From assembly GCA_036679605.1 (NCBI GenBank), contig JAZDCZ010000247.1, positions 63,692 through 127,691 on the forward strand: 64,000 nt of DNA, in the 5' to 3' direction. Source of the stretch: Gemmatimonadota bacterium. GTDB lineage: Bacteria; Gemmatimonadota; Gemmatimonadetes; Gemmatimonadales; GWC2-71-9. The notes below the pieces were generated by a model, which was not told the DNA's origin, ran no database searches, and was given only the letters and a program-made list of their open reading frames with translations. Positions 18,636 to 28,960 of the stretch are shown in pieces. Every line of letters starts with the position of its first letter. Position 1 is the first letter of the stretch. The position numbers and the translations under genes were made by a program.

Positions 18636-19487
18636 ATGGCTAAGCTAGGACGAATCTTACGTTGGAGGCTCTGCATCTGCACAGCCGCGCTCGCCTGCTC
18701 TGGAGGCGCGGCGGCGACTTCTGATCCGACCGATACGGGGCCAACCATGAATCCCGATGCGCCCGGCGTGTTGACGATGCTTGTCAAGCGCCTGCAAAAC
18801 TCAGCTGTCCCAACGTCTGCGGACAGCGCGGCGATCAGGGTTTGGCACCCATCGTTCAACCTTAACGTAGTCCAATATATCGCCGTTCCGGACCCCGACT
18901 CCACTACGAGGGTTACGTTCAACCTGCCATCGGGGACCGGCTATGTGGTAGGCATCTTGGTCATCGGGCTACCCCGGGGCGCCGGTCGAAGGTTAATAGC
19001 GGGTGGGCGGCGAGACTCAGTGTCGGTCCTCGCCGACACCAACGTGTTTCTCGATGTTCAGGTCACTCCATGGCAAGCTGAATTGATAGCAGCGCCGAGC
19101 ACGTTCAAAAGCGCCACCACTGACTCGGTTCGAATCCTGGTAACAGGCGGGTTTCCTATTAAGCCTGACTTCGGAGTGTTCTGCGGGAGGTTCGTATTCA
19201 ATTTAGCACCATGGACCGACGACTTCGACGGCGTGAACAACCTTCTTTCGTCCGAGCCTTTGAACTGGGTTCAGGCGGACACGTTCGCGACCGTTTTCAC
19301 CCCTCCGTCCGTCTTGGCTGATACCACGCTGTGGTTGCAGATGTTTTGTACACTGCAATCCGCCGAGTGGGAGAGTTTTCGGGCGCACGGGTTATGGTTG
19401 TTTCTGCCCGATCAATCGTTGTCGGATACTCTCTGGCATAGACCGATTGTTCCAGGTGGTGGAAGCATTACGATCAGTTTTGAGTGA
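18636..19487 (+). CDS. Hypothetical lipoprotein
   Basis: N-terminal basic then hydrophobic segment ending AALAC; beta-rich body. Confidence 0.65.
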   Translation: MAKLGRILRWRLCICTAALACSGGAAATSDPTDTGPTMNPDAPGVLTMLVKRLQNSAVPTSADSAAIRVWHPSFNLNVVQYIAVPDPDSTTRVTFNLPSGTGYVVGILVIGLPRGAGRRLIAGGRRDSVSVLADTNVFLDVQVTPWQAELIAAPSTFKSATTDSVRILVTGGFPIKPDFGVFCGRFVFNLAPWTDDFDGVNNLLSSEPLNWVQADTFATVFTPPSVLADTTLWLQMFCTLQSAEWESFRAHGLWLFLPDQSLSDTLWHRPIVPGGGSITISFE

Positions 19488-19863
19488 GTAAAGCCCGGCT
19501 TAGCTAAGCCAGGGCCGCGTGTCTGGTAGCCCTGCCATGAGCCCAAGCCGCAGCTCACCCGTAGCTTGCCCCACAGGGGCCTGCGCTCGCCTGTCCGCCT
19601 GCCTTTGCGAGTAAGTAGCAGCACGAGCAGCAGCGATTCGGCTTGGCGAGCCGGTCCGTCATGGATCGCTCGCCTTTTGTTGCGGTGTGCCAATAGTGTG
19701 CCAAAACCGGCTAGCCAACATCATTGCGATGGGTCGCACGTGAATAGGAAGCGTAAAGTGGCGGGATGTGGAGGCGGCGTTGGCCTCCGACGACGAAATC
19801 GCTTCGTGATCCGACTGGTCCGCCAGGCATTCCAGAAACAGAGGGACAACAGAGAATGAACTC

Positions 19864-21342
19864 ATGATCACAGGCGAACTCAAATCCAAGGTCGACCGCA
19901 TCTGGGACACGATGTGGTCCGGCGGTATCTCCAACCCACTGTCCGTCATCGAGCAGCTCACCTACCTGCTCTTCATCAAGCGGCTGGACGAGCTGCACAC
20001 GCTGAAGGAGCACAAGGCGGCCCGCACCGGGAAACCTATCGAAGATGCGGTGTTTACCGCCGACCAGGACAATCTCCGTTGGTCGCGGTTCAAGGAGACG
20101 GCACCGGAGACCATGTTCGAGACCATGCGCGATGAGGTGTTTCCCTTCATTAAGTCGCTGGGCAGCAACGGGGACGGTGAGGATGACTCCACTTACACCC
20201 ACCACATGAAGGACGCCCTCTTCATGATGCCCACGGCCCGGGTGCTGGCCAATGTGGTCGATCAGCTCGACGGCATCGACATGGCCGACAGCGATACCAA
20301 GGGCGACCTCTACGAGTACATGCTCGGCAAGATTGCATCAGCCGGGCAGAACGGGCAGTTCCGCACGCCGCGCCACATCATCAAGCTGATGGTGGACATG
20401 ACAGCACCCAAGCCGAAGGACGTGATCTGCGATCCGGCGTGCGGCACCGCGGGTTTTCTCATCGCAGCCTCCGAGCACTTGGTCGAGCACCACAGCGACA
20501 GCATCTACAAGAACGCCGCCGCCCGACGGCGTTTCAACGAGGGCACTTTCCACGGCTACGACTTCGACAACACCATGCTCCGGATCGGCAGCATGAACAT
20601 GCTGCTGCACGGCGTGGAGAACCCGGACATCCGCTACCGGGATTCCCTGGCCCAGGCGGAAGACGACCACGCGGAGGAGTACTCCTTGGTCCTCGCCAAT
20701 CCGCCCTTCGCCGGCAGCCTCGACTACGAGTCCACCGCCAGGGACCTGCAGCAGGTCGTTAGAACTAAGAAGACCGAGCTGCTCTTCTTAGCACTCTTCC
20801 TGCGTCTGCTCCAGACCGGCGGCCGCGCTGCCGTCATCGTGCCCGACGGCGTGCTGTTCGGATCGAGCAAGGCGCACAAGGCCCTGCGCAAGATTTTTGT
20901 CGAAGAGCAGAAGCTCGACGCCATCATCTCCATGCCCTCGGGCGTCTTCAAACCCTACGCCGGGGTCTCCACGGCTATCCTGCTCTTTACCAAGACCAAC
21001 TCCGGCGGCACCAATGACGTCTGGTTCTACGACATGCAGGCCGACGGATTTTCCCTCGACGACAAGCGCACCCCACAGTCTGAGAAGAGCGATCTCGCCG
21101 ACATCCTTGCCCGTTGGCGGAACCGCGACGCCGAGGACGAGCGAGCGCGGACGGACCAGAGCTTTCTCGTGCCCAAGGCCGAGATCGCGGACAACGACTA
21201 CGACCTCTCAATCAACCGCTACAAGGAAGTGGAATACGAAGCGGTGGAGTACGACCCGCCCAAGGTGATCCTTTCGCGGCTCGCGGAGCTGGAGGTGGAG
21301 ATCGCCAGGGGGCGTGAGGAGTTGGACGGGTTGTTGGGATGA
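19864..21342 (+). CDS. hsdM: Type I restriction-modification methyltransferase subunit
   Basis: MITGELKSKVDRIW start, GQFRTPRH, DPACGTAGFL, NPPF. Confidence 0.95.
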   Translation: MITGELKSKVDRIWDTMWSGGISNPLSVIEQLTYLLFIKRLDELHTLKEHKAARTGKPIEDAVFTADQDNLRWSRFKETAPETMFETMRDEVFPFIKSLGSNGDGEDDSTYTHHMKDALFMMPTARVLANVVDQLDGIDMADSDTKGDLYEYMLGKIASAGQNGQFRTPRHIIKLMVDMTAPKPKDVICDPACGTAGFLIAASEHLVEHHSDSIYKNAAARRRFNEGTFHGYDFDNTMLRIGSMNMLLHGVENPDIRYRDSLAQAEDDHAEEYSLVLANPPFAGSLDYESTARDLQQVVRTKKTELLFLALFLRLLQTGGRAAVIVPDGVLFGSSKAHKALRKIFVEEQKLDAIISMPSGVFKPYAGVSTAILLFTKTNSGGTNDVWFYDMQADGFSLDDKRTPQSEKSDLADILARWRNRDAEDERARTDQSFLVPKAEIADNDYDLSINRYKEVEYEAVEYDPPKVILSRLAELEVEIARGREELDGLLG

Positions 21343-21606
21343 TTCGCCTCAAGGTCTTCATCAGCTCCGTACAACCGCGAAACGAGTATTCTCAGAATTG
21401 GTTGCTGAGGGAGTATTGGTGAAACAAGGTGCCGGACGTTCCACCCATTATCGGCTCAACGAGCCGCTTATGAGCCGATTAGAAGCTGATTATGAGCCAA
21501 TTGTCTAGGCCAGTAGGGGTGGCGGACCCGAAGCAAAGACCGACTCGACTGGCGGAGCTGGAGGTCGTTAAGGGGCGTGAGGAGTTGGAGGGGTTGTTGG
21601 GATGAT
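21343..21606 (+). pseudogene. Winged-HTH gene remnant plus duplicated hsdM 3' end
   Basis: RTTAKRVFSELVAEGVLVKQGAGRSTHYRL fragment; 21572-21606 repeats 21309-21343 at 34/35 nt. Confidence 0.65.
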
Positions 21607-22768
21607 GGCGCACCCGAAGGTGAATCTCTCAGATGCTTGTGCTATCTCTATGGGGCAAGCCCCCAAGGGAACCAGCTACAACACTGATGGGAGAGGTTAT
21701 CCGCTGATCGCGGGTGCTGGCGATTTCGGCGAGGAAACACCTACACCTGGGAAGTACACAGATGCCCCGACAAAGATATCCCGGCCGGGTGATGTGGTTC
21801 TTTGCATCCGAGCAACAATTGGTGACCGGAATTGGTCAGACAAGGAATATTGCCTTGGAAGGGGTGTAGCAGGACTACGGGCCAATGAATAGGAATTGAG
21901 CCAAGGCTATCTTTGGCACTGGTTGGGCCATGCCGCTCCGGCCCTAAAATCAAAAGGTCGTGGGGCGACTTTTCTGCAGGTTTCTAAGGCTGACATTGCT
22001 TCGCTCCAAATCCCTCTCCCGCCCCTCGCCGAGCAGAAACGGATTGCGGGGATTCTGGATGCGGCGGACGCTTTGCGGGCCAAGCGCCGCGAGGCCCTCG
22101 CCCAGCTCGACACCCTGCTCCAATCCACCTTCCTCGAAATGTTCGGCGACCCCGTCACCAATCCGATGGGGTGGAGCGATGGGGTCACGATGGGAGAGGT
22201 TGCAGAAATCGTCTCTGGTCTGGCGAAGGGACGAAAGCTCAAAGATCAACCGACCCGAGAGCTCCCCTATTTGGCGGTTGTGAACGTCCAGGATCGTCGT
22301 CTTGTACTTGATCCCCTCAAGCGAATACACGCAACCGAGAAGGAGATTGAGCGTTATCGCCTTCAGGAAAACGACCTGCTGATGACTGAAGGCGGAGACC
22401 CAGACAAGTTGGGCCGAGGCACGCTATGGCACGGAGAAGTTGATGAGTGCATTCACCAGAATCACATTTTTAGAGTTCGTCTACACGATGACAGACTGCA
22501 ACCAGCCTTCCTCAATTGGCTCGTAGGCAGCGACCGAGGGAAGCGTTACTTCCTTCGACAGGCAAAGCAGACGACTGGAATCGCGACAATCAACTTGACT
22601 CAACTACGCAGGTTCCCGCTACTGATGCCTCCCCTCGATCTCCAACACCGCTTTGCCACCATCGTCGAGTCCATCGAGCAACAGAAGGCCAGCCAGCGCG
22701 CCCACCTGACCGAACTCGACACCCTCTTCGCCGCCCTGCAGTCCCGCGCCTTCCGAGGCGACCTCTAG
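21602..22768 (+). pseudogene. hsdS: Type I R-M specificity subunit interrupted by in-frame TAG (21890-21892)
   Basis: ORFs 21602..21892 and 21896..22768 are in the same frame. Two TRDs, conserved PLPPLAEQKRI and MPPLDLQHRF regions, terminal AFRGDL. Confidence 0.9.
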
Positions 22769-22773
22769 CCCCC

Positions 22774-25700
22774 ATGGAAGTCTCCGCAAACTTCGCGTTC
22801 CTGAAGCAGGAGTTCCCGTATGCTGCGGAGAGCGCGAGCCTTGCCGAGCGGCATGTCTACGGCGACCCGCGCGCTTCCTGCTTTCATGCTCGGCATGCGT
22901 TGGAGCGACTGGTCATGCGGGTTTACAGGGTGGACAAGACCCTAAGTCCGCCAAAGGTCACGAACTTGGACGGCTACCTGAATGAGCCAGCCTTCCGCGA
23001 ACTCGTGCCCGAGGCCGTCTGGCAGAAAGCCGAGTACGTCCGACTGGCCGGCAACACTGCGGTGCACGGAAAGAAGGCACCGGAGTCGGAGAAGGCGTTG
23101 GAGATCGTGCGAGAACTTTCACATCTCCTTTACTGGGCGGGCCGCACTTACCTGCGGAAAGGTGCAGAGGAACTTCAGGGGAAAACCTTCGACGAATCAC
23201 TCATCCCCAGGATGGACGCCACGAGCACGCCTGCAAACCTCGAAGAGCTTGAGGCGCTCAAATCCCAACTCGATGCTGCGGAGGACGTTCGCAAGGAAGT
23301 TGAGGACGAGCTTGAAGCGTTGCGGGAACAGCTCGCGGCCATCAAGGCGGAGAATGAGGCCGTCCCCGATACCCACGATTGGAACGAGGACAAGACCCGC
23401 AAGCTCATCATCGACCTCGCGCTGCAGCGTGCCGGCTGGCCGCTCGATCAAGAACAGGATCGCGAGTACGAAGTGACGGGCATGCCCAACAAGAAGGGCA
23501 TCGGTTACGCCGACTATGTCCTGTGGGGAGACGACGGCAAACCGCTGGCGGTGGTGGAGGCGAAGAAGACCACGGTCGATCCGGAGGTGGGACAGCAGCA
23601 GGCAAAGCTCTACGCCGACTGCCTGGAGAAGATGCACGGCCAGCGTCCCGTCATCTTCTACACCAATGGATACAAGACGCGCCTGTGGGACGATCTCTTC
23701 TATCCGCCGCGCACGGTCGCCGGGTTCTACAAGAAGGACGAGCTGGCGTCTCTGATCCTTCGTCGAGCGCAGCGAGCGCCGCTGGACGTGGCCCAGGTGA
23801 AGGATCGAATCGTCGAGCGGTACTATCAGAAACGAGCCATCGGCAGCATCGCCGAGCAGTTCGCGCAAGCGCGGCGCAAGACACTGCTGGTGATGGCCAC
23901 TGGCTCCGGCAAGACCCGCACGGCGATTGCGCTGGTGGACCTGCTGCAGCGGGCGGGCTGGGTGAAGCGGGCGTTGTTTCTGGCCGACCGGGTCTCGCTG
24001 GTGAACCAAGCGGTGGGTGCGTTCAAGGCGCATCTGCCGGAGTCGAGCCCGGTGAACTTGGTGACCGAAAAGGACGAAGCCGGACGAGTCTACGTCTCCA
24101 CCTATCCGACGATGATGGGCCTGATCGATGAGACGAAGGGCAACGAGGCGCGCTTCAGCGTAGGGCATTTCGATCTCGTGATCATCGACGAGGCACATCG
24201 CTCGGTCTACCAGAGGTACGGCGCGATCTTCCGCTACTTCGACTCGCTGCTCGTCGGCCTGACCGCGACCCCGAGCGACCAGGTCGATAGGAACACGTAC
24301 GAACTCTTCGACCTGCAGCCGGGTGTGCCGACCGACGCCTACGAACTGGAGACCGCCGTAGCCGACGGCTTTCTCGTGCCGCCTCGCGTGCAGCAGGTGG
24401 ATCTGAAGTTTCCGCGCGAGGGAATCGACTACGACTCGCTCAGTGATGAGGAGAAGGAACAGTGGGAGAGCCTCGACTGGGGTGATGACGTGGACGAGCA
24501 CGGCCTTCCGGACCGGGTCAACGCCAGCGCCATCAACAGCTGGCTCTTCAACAAGGACACCGTTGATAAGGTGCTCCAGCACCTGATGGAACACGGTCAC
24601 AAGGTCGAAGGCGGCGACCGGCTGGCCAAGACGATCCTCTTCGCCCGCAATCACGAGCACGCGAAATTCATCGAGGAGCGGTTCAATCATCACTACCCGC
24701 ATCACGCGGGGCACTTTGCACGCATCATCGACCACTACGCCAAGTATCCGCAGAGCGTGCTCGACGACTTTTCGCAGAAGGACAAGGCGCCGCGCATCGC
24801 GATCTCGGTGGACATGCTCGACACCGGAATCGACATTCCCGAAGTGGCGAACCTGGTTTTCTTCAAGCCGGTTTACTCGAAGATCAAGTTCTGGCAGATG
24901 ATCGGACGCGGCACGCGGCTCTGCCCGGAGCTCTTCGGTCCGGATGACGACAAGCAGGACTTCCGCGTCTTCGACTTCTGCTTCAACTTCGACTTCTTCC
25001 GGGAAAACCCCGATGGCATCGAGCGTGGTGGCGGCGTTCCACTCGGCACACGGCTCTTTCGCTCTCGCGTGCAGTTGCTCGGCCACGTTCAGGCAGCGCC
25101 AGAGTTGGATCGGGACGCCGCGCTCAAGGGATCGCTCACCACTGGACTGCACGGGGAAGTGGCGGCGATGAACCGCGAGAACTTCATCGTGAGGATGCAC
25201 CTGGAGGCAGTGGACCGTTTTCAGAATCGTGAGGTTTGGGAGCAGCTCGACGAAGGCGATCGTGAGACTCTGGAGCGTGAGGTCGCCGGGATACCCAGCG
25301 AGATCGAGACGGATGACATCAAGTCCCGCCTGTTCGACTTGACGGCGCTGAAGATGCAACTGGCCCTCGCTGAGGGCGACATGGGAGTCTACGAGACTCA
25401 TCGCCAGCGGCTCGTGGAGATCGCCATGATGTTGGAGGAGAAGAGCACGATCCCAGTAGTGAAGGCCCAACTCGAATACCTGGCCTCCATGCAGGAGAAC
25501 GTTTTCTGGGAGGGGATCGACCTGAACGGTCTCGAGAAGCTGCGCCTACGGCTGCGTGGACTCGTGCCCTTCCTGGACAAGAATAAGCGCAAGATCGTCT
25601 ACACGGACTTCAAGGACGAAGTGATGCGTGTCCGCGACGAAACGGTGGACTTCATCCCGAAGATGACCGGCGCGCAGTATGAGAGGAAGGTCAAAGTCTA

Positions 25701-26160
25701 CTTACGCGGTCACCAGGACCACATCGTGATCCATCGACTGCGGACCAACCAGCCGCTCACCGAGACCGATCTGCAAGGGTTGGAAACGACCTTGACCGAG
25801 ATCGGTGAAGAGGACGGAGAGACCCTGCTTTCCGGACTGCTGGCGCGCAGTGGCGCACCGTCGTTGGCGCACTTCATCCGCAGTCTCGTGGGCCTGGACC
25901 GTTCCGCCGCGCAGTCGGCGTTTTCTGAGTTCCTGAACGACCGGAGTCTCACGCCACCGCAGATCCGCTTCGTCGAGACGGTGATCGACCAGCTCACGGC
26001 CCGAGGCGTCATGGACGCATCAGCGCTCTACGAGCCCCCCTTCAGCAATCTGCACGCCGGTGGACCTGATGAGCTGTTTGGTGACAAGGAGAACGTGATC
26101 GAGGGGATCTTTGAGAGATTGAAAGCGGTCCATTCAGGGTTGGTCTCGGAGACAGGCTGA
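22774..26160 (+). CDS. hsdR: Type I restriction enzyme R subunit (EcoEI/EcoAI-like)
   Basis: ADYVL...VVEAKK nuclease motif, MATGSGKT Walker A, DEAHRS, GLTATP, QMIGRGTR. True start likely ATG 22774 (MEVSANFAFL). Confidence 0.95.
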   Translation: MEVSANFAFLKQEFPYAAESASLAERHVYGDPRASCFHARHALERLVMRVYRVDKTLSPPKVTNLDGYLNEPAFRELVPEAVWQKAEYVRLAGNTAVHGKKAPESEKALEIVRELSHLLYWAGRTYLRKGAEELQGKTFDESLIPRMDATSTPANLEELEALKSQLDAAEDVRKEVEDELEALREQLAAIKAENEAVPDTHDWNEDKTRKLIIDLALQRAGWPLDQEQDREYEVTGMPNKKGIGYADYVLWGDDGKPLAVVEAKKTTVDPEVGQQQAKLYADCLEKMHGQRPVIFYTNGYKTRLWDDLFYPPRTVAGFYKKDELASLILRRAQRAPLDVAQVKDRIVERYYQKRAIGSIAEQFAQARRKTLLVMATGSGKTRTAIALVDLLQRAGWVKRALFLADRVSLVNQAVGAFKAHLPESSPVNLVTEKDEAGRVYVSTYPTMMGLIDETKGNEARFSVGHFDLVIIDEAHRSVYQRYGAIFRYFDSLLVGLTATPSDQVDRNTYELFDLQPGVPTDAYELETAVADGFLVPPRVQQVDLKFPREGIDYDSLSDEEKEQWESLDWGDDVDEHGLPDRVNASAINSWLFNKDTVDKVLQHLMEHGHKVEGGDRLAKTILFARNHEHAKFIEERFNHHYPHHAGHFARIIDHYAKYPQSVLDDFSQKDKAPRIAISVDMLDTGIDIPEVANLVFFKPVYSKIKFWQMIGRGTRLCPELFGPDDDKQDFRVFDFCFNFDFFRENPDGIERGGGVPLGTRLFRSRVQLLGHVQAAPELDRDAALKGSLTTGLHGEVAAMNRENFIVRMHLEAVDRFQNREVWEQLDEGDRETLEREVAGIPSEIETDDIKSRLFDLTALKMQLALAEGDMGVYETHRQRLVEIAMMLEEKSTIPVVKAQLEYLASMQENVFWEGIDLNGLEKLRLRLRGLVPFLDKNKRKIVYTDFKDEVMRVRDETVDFIPKMTGAQYERKVKVYLRGHQDHIVIHRLRTNQPLTETDLQGLETTLTEIGEEDGETLLSGLLARSGAPSLAHFIRSLVGLDRSAAQSAFSEFLNDRSLTPPQIRFVETVIDQLTARGVMDASALYEPPFSNLHAGGPDELFGDKENVIEGIFERLKAVHSGLVSETG

Positions 26161-26405
26161 TCACAAGTGCGACGGCGAAGCTGAAGACGATAACCCGACA
26201 GAGCGGACCACCTCCACCACCTGGCTACCGGGATAATCTCCTAGTTGTGGTGGCGGTACCTAACTGGTCAGTATGGCGTCCATGCGGTGGGCCGCTCCTT
26301 GTTGCATATCCGGGAGCACATGACTGTACACATCGAGAGTCAGGGTGGCACTCGCATGACCGAGCCTCTCGGAAACAATCTGTTTTCGGCTTAACCCGGT
26401 GTCCA

Positions 26406-27567
26406 CTAGAACTCAATCGCGTACTTGGGCGAAAACGTCTGGTTCGTGGCGCGGGCACTCTGAATACGATCGACCCGGTAAGAGCGATGCTCGCCGCTGT
26501 CGGCGCGGATCGCGTGCATAACAAGGTTGCCGGCACGCGTGCTCCTGAGGGAATAGGGTTCAATCGTGCGGACACTGCCGCCGTACCCTAACTCAACCAA
26601 AAGGTGATTGACCGCGGCGAACCGTATGGTCTCCAGAGGTGCCGTGAAGCCCCAGGTTTGAGCCGTGCCCGGTGGAACCCACAGAGCATCTTCCTGTGGC
26701 GCGTAGGGTGCAACTCGCGGACGGCTCGGCCGCACGGTAGTTCCTTCGAGCCAAGTCAATAGCTGTGCAAGAGCTTCAAGGAATGAGTCGAGCGGTGGCA
26801 ATTCGGGGAGTTGGTGGGCCCAGCATGTTGGCCCACTCGGACTCGAGTTCGGCGCGTGTTTCGGCCGTCAGGACCGCATCTTGAGTCGGTACAGGAACTC
26901 CCTTGCTATCGCACTTCTCGACCAGGATGGCACGGATCTCGGTGGGATCCGTAGCCAAGTCTTCCCGTCTGAAGAGATTGATGATGTCGTATAGGTCTCG
27001 TGGTCGACCGCGCTCGCCCATGGCGCGGATCTTCTCGGCGAATACTTCCTCAAAACAGTAGCATCGAACCGTTCCCGGTTCATGCGGCGCGTCAGGGTAC
27101 GGGTGTGAAACGGACCGGAAGACTGTGGGGCGAACCACGCGTTCGGACGCGCTCAGGTCAAGCTTTATGCTAGCAACACCTGGAGTAGCTCGGGGGCCGA
27201 TGTAGTACACTCGTCCCTCCGTATACGCTCCAGATGGGTGGCCCTTGAGAAGAGGTTCCCGCCGACTGAAATCAATCCCGCTGTTTTGCGCCACATCATT
27301 GAGTATGTCGAGCAGGTACGGCTGCACGTCGTCGGGATGAACCGGTCCATTCGGTAAGACCGTGAAATCGAGGTCCTCTGAGAATCGGTAGGCCTCTATG
27401 AAGCACTTCTTGAGACTCGTCCCACCCTTGAACGCCCAAAGGTCCCGCAACACGTTATTCCGTCCAATACCCCATAAGACCCAGCCAATGACATAGTCCT
27501 TCTCAACTACATCCTTGCGCAGTCCCCACTCACGAACCCGTTGCTCAATATCGATGCGCGAGATCAT
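26406..27567 (-). pseudogene. AbiEii-family nucleotidyltransferase toxin fused to C-terminal WYL domain; 1-nt frameshift at ~26816-26818
   Basis: EKDY, FKGGTSLKK, RFSEDLDF, EKIRA, RPRDLYD. Removing one C joins MLG to HQLPELPPLDSF...RTIEPYSL...RSYRVDRI (WYL). Confidence 0.85.
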
Positions 27568-28370
27568 GACGGCGCTGTGTCGTCCAGGTTGATGTTGACA
27601 CGTAGGTTCCACCGCTTCACGATACGTCCCTTGCGCTTTACTGAGGGATCGAGAGCCGAAAGCCCAGAGCTCAGATTATCGAGGCAAACGCGGATAGCTC
27701 CGGCTGCCTCGATCTGGAGGCGCTCAAGCAAGAACCCCAGTCGCTTGAAGACCGTCCGGTTTCCCAGACGGAAAGCGTAGTCGACTAGTAGATTTTCGTC
27801 GCGAAGGTCGCCCGACCAGTACTCGTGCAGCACCCCAGCGACGTGGCGGATGCCACCCCCTAGCGGTGGGTCGTCGAGGACGTCCAGAATGGTCCTCGAT
27901 GGATCCGAAACGTTGATTGGGATTCTCTCTCTCCAAACAACTGTAGTGCCAAACTGCCTATTCTTGGGCACATGCTTGAGACGAAACGCCTGGCTCTGAA
28001 TGTCGAGTGAGGATGCTCGAACAGGGCGGGCCGTCATTACCACGACCGAACGAAAGACTTGCTCAGTCAGCGACCAGTGCTCGGCAGCGCTCCATCCCCC
28101 GATATAGCAGGGAGCGAAAACTCGAACTGCAATGGCCCACGGGTCGTCACGCCAAGCGGACGGCTCGGTGGCTCCAAGGGGAACCGTCGTGTAAAGGCCC
28201 CGCCGGATCCGAGACAGCCACCCTCGTTCCGCAAGATATCGCAGCAGGCGTCCCGCGCGGCGGTGGTCAACCGCGAGTACCTTCGCCGCGTCCTGAACGG
28301 TGAATGGTCCAGTGGTGTCGCGGTGCAACTTCTCCAACAGCGCACGGTTGGCCTCTTCAATCCCCCGCAT
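27564..28370 (-). CDS. Type IV TA antitoxin, AbiEi family (N-terminal wHTH)
   Basis: LAERGWLSRIRRGLY, YIGGWSAAEHW, SDPSRTILD, KRLGFLLE; ATGA overlap with the toxin gene. Confidence 0.85.
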   Translation of the reverse strand: MRGIEEANRALLEKLHRDTTGPFTVQDAAKVLAVDHRRAGRLLRYLAERGWLSRIRRGLYTTVPLGATEPSAWRDDPWAIAVRVFAPCYIGGWSAAEHWSLTEQVFRSVVVMTARPVRASSLDIQSQAFRLKHVPKNRQFGTTVVWRERIPINVSDPSRTILDVLDDPPLGGGIRHVAGVLHEYWSGDLRDENLLVDYAFRLGNRTVFKRLGFLLERLQIEAAGAIRVCLDNLSSGLSALDPSVKRKGRIVKRWNLRVNINLDDTAPS

Positions 28371-28432
28371 CGGTATATTATAACTACTGTACCGCCCACT
28401 GGAAAGGCGTTACGGCAGTCACAATATACCGA
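28370..28432. promoter_or_regulatory. 27-bp imperfect inverted repeat, likely AbiEi operator
   Basis: 28370-28396 versus reverse complement of 28406-28432 matches at 22/27 nt; abuts the abiEi start codon. Confidence 0.7.
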
Positions 28433-28960
28433 CCGGGCTGGTCTTAACTTCCAAGATCCGGAAATCTCAACCTGTCTCAGTTGGAATGGTCCTGAAAACA
28501 GGGAGCAGTCCAACAAAACCAGCGAAATGTCCCAAAAACGTCACCTCATGCCCCAAAAACGACGCTTCAACGCCTTTCAGTTCGGCCATCCTCGGCGCGA
28601 CGTGGTGCGGATGTTACAAGCCGCGATTCGGCGTCGACGAAGCACGAGTAAGCGTGTTCTGGTAGCGAATCGGGTAAAGGACTTTAGCCGAATTAGGATG
28701 CGAGATGCGATCTATGCAACCGGATGGGACGGCACCGTTGTCGTACGGGCAACAAACGCAGGACAGTACCGTGTGACCGTTGCGGACCAGGCTGAGCCGA
28801 GCTGCTAGGGCGTGGATCAACGGCGGATCGGCCGATGTAAGCAGCTTACAGGCAACCTAGAGTCAGGGTAGCGTCGGGCAGAGGAGTTGCATTATTTACT
28901 AAATACTGTAGTTTTACGTATCCGTAAATTGATGTTTTGCAGTATAACTGTCTGTCAAAT

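Noticed and set aside
2320..21892. TAG recoding (pyrrolysine or alternative code) suggested by in-frame TAGs at 2320, in Xre copy 1, at 11719 and at 21890
   Set aside because: Many intact genes end at TAG exactly where their families end (for example gdhA, hsdS, S9 peptidase, queF), and the interrupted genes mostly carry frameshifts too. Decay explains it better.
22516..22773. N-terminal extension of HsdR in the ORF track
   Set aside because: Overlaps hsdS in another frame and is Arg/Pro-rich noise; ATG 22774 follows the hsdS stop and gives a family-like start.
23197..25470. 757-aa minus-strand ORF
   Set aside because: Antisense shadow of the GC-rich hsdR gene with no recognisable motifs. 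The same applies to most short overlapping ORFs in the track.
28059..28808. 249-aa plus-strand ORF and short TG(T/C)CCCAAAAACG repeat near 28528-28561
   Set aside because: The ORF overlaps abiEi antisense and its operator and has no motif; the two-copy repeat is too short to interpret.
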